Positions 56,517-64,000 of a stretch of 64,000 bases of DNA are shown here, piece by piece. Each line of letters begins with the position of its first letter. Positions within the stretch are counted from its first letter, which is position 1. Source of the stretch: Syntrophorhabdales bacterium (GTDB lineage Bacteria > Desulfobacterota > Syntrophorhabdia > Syntrophorhabdales > WCHB1-27); contig JBEKOT010000001.1 in NCBI GenBank assembly GCA_049521495.1, positions 1,242 to 65,241 on the forward strand. Reading direction: 5' to 3'. The position numbers and the translations under genes are program-made. Below the pieces are notes generated by a model that saw nothing but the letters and a program-made list of their open reading frames with translations, did no database searches and was not told where the DNA came from.

Positions 56517-56837
56517 ATGGACTATTACATGGCCGATACTCCGGGGCGATTAAGGATCGAGAGCCGGGCCCTCAAGTCCGGCAGTCCCGATTTTGAGAAA
56601 TTCAGCGATTTCATCGCCCGTATCCCTGGCGTCTCCTCGGTCAAGGTCAGACAGGAGATCGGCAGCGCCACGATCCTCTATGACCCAGAAAAGCTCGATC
56701 ATACAAAGCTCATCGAAGCCCTCGACAAAAGCGGCTATTTCGACCATTCAAAGGCAAAGACGCCGGATGACTACCTTGACGAAGGGATCGAGAAAGCGGA
56801 AAAAATCGTGGCGGACGTGATCGAGAGCGAGCTTTAG
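56517..56837 (+). CDS. Small HMA-like (ferredoxin-fold, no CxxC) protein
   Basis: GAGGAGGA RBS. PGRLRIESRAL...IPGVSSVKVRQEIGSATILYDPEKLDHTKLIEALDKSGY parallels the two HMA-like domains at 62.1-63.6 kb. Confidence 0.5.
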   Translation: MDYYMADTPGRLRIESRALKSGSPDFEKFSDFIARIPGVSSVKVRQEIGSATILYDPEKLDHTKLIEALDKSGYFDHSKAKTPDDYLDEGIEKAEKIVADVIESEL

Positions 56838-57036
56838 AGGCCCTCAATCTTTTTACAGGGGGGAATCGGGCATGGGGCCGGGACCGCACGGAGGCGGCTG
56901 ATGTTCAATGCCGCCCGCAAAAATCCCATGCTTATCTCCTTTGTCACATTCTGGGGATAGACGACGGACATGTCAAGGCTGTCGCGGGTTACTTTGACCC
57001 TTCAAAGGCAATCACGAAGGGTCGGTAAATTTTCTT

Positions 57037-58113
57037 TTACCCGAGACCCCTGAAGACGAAAGAGAGAAGATAGATAAGGAGACCTGCCAGCCCGCCCACA
57101 ATCGTGCCGTTGATCCTTATCCACTGAAGGTCCTTGCCCACGTACAGCTCGATCCGTCTGCTCGTTGCCTCGGGGTCCCATTTTTTGACCGTCTCCGAGA
57201 TGAAAAGCGCGAAAAGCTCCTTGTTCTCGTCCACGGCCTCCGATACCAATGTGCGCAAGCCCCGGTTGATCCTTTCCTTCAGGTCTTCATCCGCGAGCGC
57301 CTTTTGTCCCGCGTCCCGGATGAAGGCAGCGACCTGTTGAACGAAATCCGAATCGGGATTCGCGAGATCCCTCATAATCTTCTCTTTGAGAATCTTCCAG
57401 ACAAGAGGCGTATAAACCGGCTTATCGGCGGTGGCTTCCGCCGCCCCGCCGCCGTTCCCGTGGGTCCGGCCTCCGGCTGCTCTTTGATAGAGGGAACGGC
57501 CTTGTTTCCGAATCCCCGATAGGGCTTGACCGACGGAAGCGAGGACCCGGCGAAAAAGAGGCAGGTTCACGCTGTCGAGACCTCCCCTTCCTTCGCTATC
57601 AGGGCTACCGCCTTGGCCTCGAAGGAGGGGCGGGATATATTCGGCCGCCGCTCTCGCAATGAAGCGGGCGTTGCCCGCATCGGAAAGCCAGGCGGTCAGA
57701 AAGCCTGCGAGGTCGACGGTCGCCATCTTTTTTTCGAGAAGATCTCTCGTGAGGAAGTTCTCCTTGATGAAACGGGCAAGGCTTTCCCCTATTCTGTCCC
57801 TGTTTCGCGGGATGACGGCTGTCCGGGGTATGGGCAGGTTAAGGGGGTGCCGGAAAAGGGCCACCACAGCGAACCAATCGGCAAGGGCTCCTATCGTCCC
57901 TGCCTCGCTGAAGGCCGCGACGAACCCGAGAAGGGGATACCGTGACTGGAGCATCCGGGAGACCCAGCAGACAACGGCCATGAGGACGAGGAGGCCCGTT
58001 GCGAAAAGCTTCATCCGCTTTAAGGATCTCTCCTGCTCCCTTCCGAATTCCGCCGTCCGGCTCATCTTGGGAATAGCATACTCTTCTTGCACTTTATGTC
58101 TACCTTTCATCAA
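57037..58113 (-). CDS. DUF445-family membrane protein
   Basis: ALADWFAVVALFRHPLNLPIPRTAVIPRNRDRIGESLARFIKENFL matches the recalled DUF445 signature. C-terminal TM. Confidence 0.7.
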   Translation of the reverse strand: MMKGRHKVQEEYAIPKMSRTAEFGREQERSLKRMKLFATGLLVLMAVVCWVSRMLQSRYPLLGFVAAFSEAGTIGALADWFAVVALFRHPLNLPIPRTAVIPRNRDRIGESLARFIKENFLTRDLLEKKMATVDLAGFLTAWLSDAGNARFIARAAAEYIPPLLRGQGGSPDSEGRGGLDSVNLPLFRRVLASVGQALSGIRKQGRSLYQRAAGGRTHGNGGGAAEATADKPVYTPLVWKILKEKIMRDLANPDSDFVQQVAAFIRDAGQKALADEDLKERINRGLRTLVSEAVDENKELFALFISETVKKWDPEATSRRIELYVGKDLQWIRINGTIVGGLAGLLIYLLSFVFRGLG

Positions 58114-58125
58114 GTCAGTCGAGGT

Positions 58126-59319
58126 CTACGAGCCGGACTGGAGGAGGTGGGCCTTGTCCGTCACCTCCCAGGGGAGACCAATATCCATGCGCCCTACATG
58201 GCCGTAAGAGGCCAGGCGCCGATAGAAGCCGCCCTTGACGGTCGAAGGGAGATAGCGGAGGTTGAACTGCCGGAGAATGGCTGCAGGACGAAAGTCAAGG
58301 TGGCGCTCGACGCGGGCCGCGATCTCGTCGTCCGGTATCTTCCCGGTGCCGAAGGTCTCCACCTGTATGCTCACAGGTTGCGCAAGTCCTATGGAATAGC
58401 TCAAGAGGACTTCGCATTCCTCGGCAAGTCCGGCGGCTACCACATTCTTCGCGGCGTACCTCGCGGCATAAGCCCCGGTGCGGTCGATCCGGAGCGGGTC
58501 TTTGCCGCTGAGGGCGGCGCCGCTGTGGCGCGAATACTCGCCGTAGGTATCGATGGCGTTCTTTCTGCCCGTGAGACCACTGTGGACCGAGGGGCCGCCG
58601 CCGTAAAAAAGGCCGTCAGGGTTCATGAATATCCGTGTTCTCTCATCCGGCCTGAAGGGCTCGTCTGCAAAGACCGGCGCGACGACCGCCTCGGTGAGGC
58701 CGTCCCGGAGGCCCTTGAGCGTTGTATCCTGCCTCGTGGTACTGGCAATGACAGTGATGCTGTGGATGCGGCTCGGCCTCCGGCCCTCGTACTCCACTGC
58801 CACCTGGGTCCAGCCGTCCGGTCCAAGGTCGGGGAGCATCTTCCGCAGGCGGACAGAAGTGAGCCTACGCGCCAACTTATGGGCGAGCCATATGGGAAGG
58901 GGCATGAACGCCGGCGTCTGGGTGCAGGCAAAGCCGAATATGGTCGCCTGGTTGCGGACAACAACACGGTCGATCTCGTCGTATGTGAGGTTCTTCTCGT
59001 CGAACCGGCTGTACTCGTCAGGCGGCATCTCGCGGAGGCTGGTTACTACAGTACACGTCTTCGCGTTGAACTGGGGCTCAGCATAGCCTACCTGGTCGAT
59101 AACCTCACGGGCGATATAGGGGAAATCGACGGGGTTGGGCGTATCGAACCTCGCCGCAATGAAGACGATAGCGTTCGAGACTGCGCACTCCGCCACCACG
59201 CGGGCATAGGGATCGCGCCTGAGAATGTGGTCGACAAAGGCGTCGCTGATCTGGTCGCACAGCTTGTCGGGGTGCCCCTCCGTAACCGATTCCGAAGTGA
59301 ATACGAATGGTCTCTTCAC
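58126..59319 (-). CDS. metK: S-adenosylmethionine synthetase
   Basis: FTSESVTEGHPDKLCDQISDAFVD and LSGKDPLRIDRTGAYAARY. GTG start overlaps the ATPase stop (GTGA). Confidence 0.95.
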   Translation of the reverse strand: MKRPFVFTSESVTEGHPDKLCDQISDAFVDHILRRDPYARVVAECAVSNAIVFIAARFDTPNPVDFPYIAREVIDQVGYAEPQFNAKTCTVVTSLREMPPDEYSRFDEKNLTYDEIDRVVVRNQATIFGFACTQTPAFMPLPIWLAHKLARRLTSVRLRKMLPDLGPDGWTQVAVEYEGRRPSRIHSITVIASTTRQDTTLKGLRDGLTEAVVAPVFADEPFRPDERTRIFMNPDGLFYGGGPSVHSGLTGRKNAIDTYGEYSRHSGAALSGKDPLRIDRTGAYAARYAAKNVVAAGLAEECEVLLSYSIGLAQPVSIQVETFGTGKIPDDEIAARVERHLDFRPAAILRQFNLRYLPSTVKGGFYRRLASYGHVGRMDIGLPWEVTDKAHLLQSGS

Positions 59320-62300
59320 ACGTCGCCCCGCGTGCCCTTCTTTATGGCTTCGTTGACAAAGAGGGGAAGAACTGCCCCTCCTCCCGTGATAAGACCGTCG
59401 ACGATGCCTATGCGACTGATGCCGAGGAGGTTTCGGAGGCCTGGAACAGCCATGGCGACGCCCTGGAGGATGAAGGTGCCTATGAGAGCGCCCGTCAGGT
59501 AGCGGTTCGGCGCCAGTCTCCCCTTGTCAAAGATCGTCCTTTCCTCCGAGCGGCAGGTCAGCGCATGGAGAAGCTGGCCCACTGTAAGGCTCAAAAAAGC
59601 CATTGTGCCCGCCCGGGGCCCCTGGCCGTAACGGGCAACGCCGTATCCGTAAGCACCTAGGGAGCCTGCCGAGATAACGGCCCCCTCCCTCAGCATCTTT
59701 TTCAGGCTGGCCGGCTGAAGGATTTCCTCCGCGGGGTCCCTGGGGGGACGGAGCAGGACGTCCGGCTCAGGCTGCTCCATGGCAAGGGCAAGACCTGGAA
59801 AAATGTCGGAAACGAGGTTGATCCAGAGGAACTGCATTGCGGTCAAGGGCTCTCCGAGCCCGGCCGTAATGGAGACGGTGGTAACCATGATCTCGCTCAT
59901 GTTGGTCGAGAGCAGGTAGTGGAGCGCCTTCCTGATATTGTTGTATATGGTGCGCCCCTCGCTGATCGCGACCAGCATGGTCTCCAGGTCATCGTTCTCA
60001 AGCACTATGTCCGCCACCTCTCGGGCCACGTCGGTGCCTGTATGACCCATCGCGATGCCGATGGCGGCGGCTTTCAGGGCAGGCCCGTCGTTGATGCCGT
60101 CGCCGGTCATACCCACGACCTTGCCTTGCTCCTGGAGGACCTGCAAGATCTGGAGCTTGTGAGCAGGACTTACTCTGGCGAAAACGTGAAGCCCGGAGGT
60201 GAGGCCTTTGAGCACCTCGGGCTGCATTCCGGCCAAATGGCGCGAATCGAGGATGCGGACATCCCCGCCGCCTGCAAGGTCCAGCTCCTTCGCTACCGCA
60301 TATGCAGTGGCGCTCTGGTCGCCTGTGATCATGACCGTGTCGATCCCTGCCTTGTGAAAGCCGGCGATGAGGTCCTTGACGCCATGCCGTACGGGGTCGG
60401 TCATGCCGACCATGCCGAGCCACGTCATGTCCCTCACGGCGATGTCGCCGTTTTCCAAAAGGACAAGGCTGCTGTCCGAGAGCGATCGGGCAAGCCCGAG
60501 CACCCTGAGACTCTGGCCGGCCATCTCTTCATTGGCTGCCTGGATGTCGCTTCTCGCATCTTCTGACAGGGGAAGACGGGCTCCGTCCTTCATGTACCAG
60601 GCGCATCCCGCCAGAACTTCGGGAGGGCTCCCCTTCATAGCCAGAAGGCGTTTCGCGCTGTTGCGGATGGAGTGGACCGTCATCATGACGTTCCTCGTCT
60701 CGGATCTATGTATGATGTTGACGAGGGCAAAGGATTCCCTTAACTCCTGCACATTGACCCCTGCGTTCAGAGCTAGGTGGATGAGGGCGTTTTCAGTCGG
60801 GGACCCCGTAACGGAGTAAGTCCCGTCGGCGCCGAATACCTCGCTCTCGTTGCAGAGGGCGCCCACGTGAAGGAGCATCAACAGCTCCTCGCAGCCGTAC
60901 GGGTTAATCTCCCCATTCGGGCAGGCGAATCTGCCGTCCCTCACGTGCATGTGGTAAGGGCTCGTGAAAAGCCGGGTCACCGTCATCCTGTTGAGCGTCA
61001 ACGTACCTGTTTTGTCGAGGCATATGGTCTGGACGGACCCCAGGGTCTCGATGGCCTCGAGGCGCCTAACCAGGACATGGTGTCTGCGCATGCTCCTTAT
61101 GCCAAGTCCAAGGGCAGTCGTGGCAACGGTGGGGAGACCCTCGGGAACGGCTGCAACAGCGAGGGCGATTGACGATTTCAGCATCCGGAGTAAACCATAG
61201 CCTCTCAATATACCCGCGAGGAATACGATTGCGCAGACAGCCGAGCTCATTATGGCGAGTTTTGTGCCCATGCGGCCCAGCTGAAGCTCCATGGGTGTGG
61301 CCGGGGCTCTTGCCTCGCCCATGAGTATCTGGATGCGGCCGGTCTCCGTGTAAGGGCCCGTTGCGACTGCAACCGCAAGACCCTGCCCGCCCGTTACAAG
61401 GGTCCCCATATAGACCATATTTGTTCTGTCGGCCAGAGGGAGGTCGGCGTCTTCCAGGACTTCGGTTGTCTTGTGGGCAGGCATGCTCTCGCCTGTAAGG
61501 GCCGATTCGTCCACACTCAGATGACTCGCGGCAATGAGTCTCGCGTCCGCAGCTACATAACTTCCCGGCCGAAGCACAAGCAGGTCTCCGGGCACCACCT
61601 CCTCTACGCCTGTCTGCACTATCTCCCCGTCCCGCTTTACGAGGGCGGCAGGCCTTACAAGATTCTTGAGGGAGCTGATGATCTTCTCCGACCGGCTCTC
61701 AGTCACGTAGCCTATGGAGGCGTTGATCGCCACCACGCCCATGATCACAACCGCATCGGCAAGGCCGCCGGTCAACAGGGATAGGCCGGCCGCTACGCCG
61801 AGAAGCAGCACCGGAAAGCTCTTGAACTGCTCTGCCAGGATGGACCAGGCGGAGCGAGGCACCGATTCGGGGAGTATGTTGGGGCCGAAGCGCTTGAGGT
61901 TTTCTCTATAAGCCTTCGGGGTAAGCCCTGTGTCAGGGCTTACCCCGAAGGCGGTGAGCGCCTCGCGCGGCTGACGAAGGTGCCATGAACTGTAGTCCTG
62001 CGCTTCTTTCGCCGGACAAGGCCGCTTCTTTGAAGTCCCGGCCGGCACGGCCGGCCTGGCGGGAAACGGTAGTCTTAGAGGGCGGCTACCCTCGTCAGCA
62101 TCGACGCGGGACGGCAGAAGTCCGCCCAGCTCTTTTTCGATCTCACGGGCTGTTCTGGAGGCGTTGTGGATAACGAGGACATTGCCGGTAAGGGGACTTG
62201 CCGATACATGGGTTATATCGACATTCTTCGACAGCCTTTCTTCCAGATGCCTCTTCAGCTCGTGCGACCCGTAGAGTCCTTCGACCTTTAAGCGGACCCT

Positions 62301-62333
62301 TCCGCGGACAGCGGCGTGAACTATCTGGACCAA
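59316..62333 (-). CDS. P2-type (SERCA/PMCA-like) cation-translocating P-type ATPase with N-terminal HMA-like domain
   Basis: CLDKTGTLT, VPEGLPTV, MITGD and MTGDGINDGPALKAA. The TM5/TM6 segments STNMSE and WINLVSD are as in Ca-ATPases. First ~65 aa are RGRVRLKVEGL...ITHVSASPLTGNVLVIHN. TTG start 3 nt after the upstream stop. Confidence 0.9.
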   Translation of the reverse strand: MVQIVHAAVRGRVRLKVEGLYGSHELKRHLEERLSKNVDITHVSASPLTGNVLVIHNASRTAREIEKELGGLLPSRVDADEGSRPLRLPFPARPAVPAGTSKKRPCPAKEAQDYSSWHLRQPREALTAFGVSPDTGLTPKAYRENLKRFGPNILPESVPRSAWSILAEQFKSFPVLLLGVAAGLSLLTGGLADAVVIMGVVAINASIGYVTESRSEKIISSLKNLVRPAALVKRDGEIVQTGVEEVVPGDLLVLRPGSYVAADARLIAASHLSVDESALTGESMPAHKTTEVLEDADLPLADRTNMVYMGTLVTGGQGLAVAVATGPYTETGRIQILMGEARAPATPMELQLGRMGTKLAIMSSAVCAIVFLAGILRGYGLLRMLKSSIALAVAAVPEGLPTVATTALGLGIRSMRRHHVLVRRLEAIETLGSVQTICLDKTGTLTLNRMTVTRLFTSPYHMHVRDGRFACPNGEINPYGCEELLMLLHVGALCNESEVFGADGTYSVTGSPTENALIHLALNAGVNVQELRESFALVNIIHRSETRNVMMTVHSIRNSAKRLLAMKGSPPEVLAGCAWYMKDGARLPLSEDARSDIQAANEEMAGQSLRVLGLARSLSDSSLVLLENGDIAVRDMTWLGMVGMTDPVRHGVKDLIAGFHKAGIDTVMITGDQSATAYAVAKELDLAGGGDVRILDSRHLAGMQPEVLKGLTSGLHVFARVSPAHKLQILQVLQEQGKVVGMTGDGINDGPALKAAAIGIAMGHTGTDVAREVADIVLENDDLETMLVAISEGRTIYNNIRKALHYLLSTNMSEIMVTTVSITAGLGEPLTAMQFLWINLVSDIFPGLALAMEQPEPDVLLRPPRDPAEEILQPASLKKMLREGAVISAGSLGAYGYGVARYGQGPRAGTMAFLSLTVGQLLHALTCRSEERTIFDKGRLAPNRYLTGALIGTFILQGVAMAVPGLRNLLGISRIGIVDGLITGGGAVLPLFVNEAIKKGTRGDV

Positions 62334-62336
62334 GGA

Positions 62337-63035
62337 CTACTCTTTCGTCTTCCGTCTTTGATCGGCCGGTTTTTCTGCTTCGGACGGCGTGCTCTTTTCC
62401 GGACGCCCCGACGGCGGAGGACCCGCAGGCGGTTTCGCGGGAAAAGCGGCTCCTGCCAGGTCTCTCACGCCCTCCGCCACACCGGCTAGCATCCCCCTTA
62501 CGGCCTTGGCCGCTGTCACCCCTATGGTGCCTGCTGCTTCGATGGCCCCTCCGACTGCGACTTTCGCCATGTCTTCGGCGCTAACTCCGATCTCTTTCGC
62601 CGCCTCGATGACACCGTCGACTGCGCGTCTTGCAACAAGGGAAACATCGGCGCCGACTTCCGAAGCCCCTTTAACCGCACCCTTCACCGTCTGGCTTGCC
62701 ATCCCTACCACATCTCCGCCCACGTCTCCGACGCCCATGATAATGCCTTTGGTGACGCTCTTCGTGCTAAGGATGAGGCCTGTCCCCACCTCCTCCGTCG
62801 CCCTTATCGCGCCTTTGACAACCTCTGTCGTAAGGTTGAGGCTCATGCCCGCCAGATCCGCGCTGAGCTTGAGACTGTCGGCAACGGTGTTCCTGACGAG
62901 GCTCACGATGTCCGCCTCGATCTCGTTGAGACCCTTCAGACTTCGGACCACGCCCTCTTTTACCGCAGCCCCGGCCCGTCCAAGGTCTGCCTCAGTCGAG
63001 CCTTTCGTTTCGCCTGCCTGTGTTTTCGGATCCAC
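62337..63035 (-). CDS. Repeat protein: six consecutive 22-residue Gly/Ala/Val-rich amphipathic repeats, Pro/Lys-rich tail
   Basis: GTG 63035 has AAGGAGG 6 nt upstream. Repeats fit V-x-G-[AVI]-[IVA]-x5-[VIL]-G-x10 from VKGAIRATEEVG... to LAGVAEGVRDLAG. The opposite-strand ORF (62389-63273) looks like low-complexity shadow. Confidence 0.55.
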   Translation of the reverse strand: MDPKTQAGETKGSTEADLGRAGAAVKEGVVRSLKGLNEIEADIVSLVRNTVADSLKLSADLAGMSLNLTTEVVKGAIRATEEVGTGLILSTKSVTKGIIMGVGDVGGDVVGMASQTVKGAVKGASEVGADVSLVARRAVDGVIEAAKEIGVSAEDMAKVAVGGAIEAAGTIGVTAAKAVRGMLAGVAEGVRDLAGAAFPAKPPAGPPPSGRPEKSTPSEAEKPADQRRKTKE

Positions 63036-63082
63036 TCGGTACCTCCTTCTTCCTGATTTTCTTTGCGGCGGGCTCTCACGGC

Positions 63083-63589
63083 CTATAGTAACGACTTTTC
63101 CTTCTCCCCGCTGTCCCTGCCCGATTTGCCGAATATCCCAAGAGCGTACCAGAATGCCGTATACCATGCCGGCGCAGCAAAGTTGCCTCGCGCTATCTGA
63201 TAGACGCCGGCTATTACAAGGGCAAGAAAGGCCAGGCCTGCCAGATCGACGCTCCGTCCCGTCATCCCCTTGATGCGTCCGTCGATTGAGCCGAAGAGGG
63301 TAGAGACGGAATCGTGGAGGGTCGTGACCTTTCCTTCCGGGTCCTCCCGTACGAAGAAGAGATCGCGTGAACCGGGAGCTTCCATGATTTCTCCGATTGG
63401 AACTCTGTGGTGCACGAGGATGCTCGCCGTCCGCGGCGAGACTTCGACCCGCTCCACCCCCTCCATTGCGGAAAGGGCATCCCGTACCGAAGCAAAGTAT
63501 ATGTCGTCACCTTTTCTTGAAGGCACGCGCAGCCGGAACCTTCCCGCCATCCGGTGTGTGAAGAAGGCATCGGGAATCATAGGACGCAC
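63083..63589 (-). CDS. HMA-like (HMA_2-type, no CxxC) domain protein with two C-terminal TM helices
   Basis: AGRFRLRVPSR...MEGVERVEVSPRTASILVHHR. TM segments LAGLAFLALVIAGVYQIA and WYTAFWYALGIF. The start overlaps the upstream stop by 1 nt. Confidence 0.6.
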   Translation of the reverse strand: MRPMIPDAFFTHRMAGRFRLRVPSRKGDDIYFASVRDALSAMEGVERVEVSPRTASILVHHRVPIGEIMEAPGSRDLFFVREDPEGKVTTLHDSVSTLFGSIDGRIKGMTGRSVDLAGLAFLALVIAGVYQIARGNFAAPAWYTAFWYALGIFGKSGRDSGEKEKSLL

Positions 63590-63855
63590 TACCCGCCCTC
63601 AACCTTTTCGCCTGTCCGGGCCGCTTGCTCGGCTGCGATCTCCGCCTTGGCCTCCGCCATGAGGTCGTCGACGACCTCATGCATCTCGGCGAGTTTCTCC
63701 CTACCGGTCTCGAAGAGCGTAAGCCCCCCTCTTATCGCCGCTTTAGCGAGAGGCTTAGCGGCTTTTGATAGGGCGGGAACAATTAGAGGCGCAATAATTA
63801 CGGAACCGACGCCGATGGCCAACCCTGTGATTATATTGCTTTTGAACGAACCCAC
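63589..63855 (-). CDS. DUF5132-like small protein (N-terminal TM plus charged helix)
   Basis: GTG start with AGGGGG upstream. IITGLAIGVGSVIIAPLIVPALSKAAKPLAKAAIRGG...EKLAEMHEVVDDLMAEAKAEI matches my recollection of DUF5132. Confidence 0.55.
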   Translation of the reverse strand: MGSFKSNIITGLAIGVGSVIIAPLIVPALSKAAKPLAKAAIRGGLTLFETGREKLAEMHEVVDDLMAEAKAEIAAEQAARTGEKVEGG

Positions 63856-63906
63856 TGCCCACCCCCTGAGGAACTTATCTTTAGCAACACTATGCCGGTT
63901 TCACAT

Positions 63907-63935
63907 AATATAGTCCTACTCCAATAAGTTCGCAA
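63907..63935 (-). promoter_or_regulatory. Sigma70-like promoter TTGCGA-17 nt-TATATT (minus strand) upstream of the DUF5132-like gene
   Basis: Hexamers and 17-nt spacer read on the reverse complement, about 50 nt upstream of GTG 63855. Confidence 0.45.
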
Positions 63936-64000
63936 GAATAAAAGGAGTTAAGGAGAGTGGAATTTTCATTATCCACCTCTCTCCGGGAAGCGGGGACCCG

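Noticed and set aside
58087-59502. 471-aa + strand ORF
   Set aside because: It is antisense to metK and the ATPase 3' end, and has no recognisable motifs.
62389-63273. 294-aa + strand Ala/Ser/Thr/Pro-rich ORF opposite the repeat-protein gene
   Set aside because: It has no RBS or operon context, and its composition is the mirror image of the Gly/Ala/Val repeats. The minus-strand frame has an AAGGAGG-GTG start and fits the operon. The call remains formally unproven.
59316-63855. Identity with ferrosome (fez) gene clusters
   Set aside because: The pump has PEGLP and Ca-ATPase-type TM5/TM6 residues, not the P1B-type CPx/SPC signature of FezB-like ATPases. Only an organisational analogy is proposed.
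1-64000. CRISPR arrays, tRNA/rRNA genes, transposases/integrases, and toxin-antitoxin pairs
   Set aside because: I saw no regularly spaced repeats, no cloverleaf-like conserved tRNA segments, no rRNA-like regions and no DDE or tyrosine-recombinase motifs in any ORF. By-eye screening could miss a tRNA, so tRNAscan or Infernal should be run.

Overview
This is a gene-dense, GC-rich bacterial chromosomal window with about 60 supportable CDS. I recognised no rRNA, tRNA, CRISPR array or transposase. All family calls come from motifs read by eye and recalled family signatures; no searches were run. Layout: (1) 0.7-16.3 kb is a 13-gene, + strand polysaccharide locus. It holds a priming sugar transferase with a degenerate GGDEF-like N-terminus, a WbpB/D/E-like trio, a divergent deacetylase, two tandem FemAB-like genes, a radical SAM/SPASM enzyme, GT4/GT2 transferases, and Wzy-like and Wzx-like genes. 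(2) 16.4-27.5 kb is housekeeping: fmdB-like, carAB, a QueG-like gene, mnmG, greA, an acyl-CoA synthetase and a ModE-like/Mop pair. (3) 27.9-38.3 kb is a hopanoid cluster (hpnJ, hpnK, shc, hpnA, hpnH, hpnG, hpnI) with three inserted genes that have no assigned hopanoid role: an ArnE/F-like small DMT protein, a DUF116-like protein and a CruF-like membrane protein. It is followed by an Omp85-like lipoprotein, a YcgR-like PilZ protein and a PagL-like deacylase. (4) 41.6-56.4 kb holds an aminopeptidase, lon, a lone AmmeMemoRadiSam enzyme, a methyltransferase/degenerate-SNase/wHTH cassette, a ThiS-like/TtuA-like/GAF-degenerate-GGDEF operon, mreB, pckG, a GntR regulator and murJ. (5) 56.5-63.9 kb is the best candidate for an undescribed system. 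It is a minus-strand operon with a DUF5132-like protein, a membrane-anchored HMA-like protein, a protein made of six 22-residue amphipathic repeats, a SERCA-like P2 ATPase with an N-terminal HMA-like domain, metK (overlapping the ATPase stop) and a DUF445 protein. A third HMA-like ORF lies nearby.
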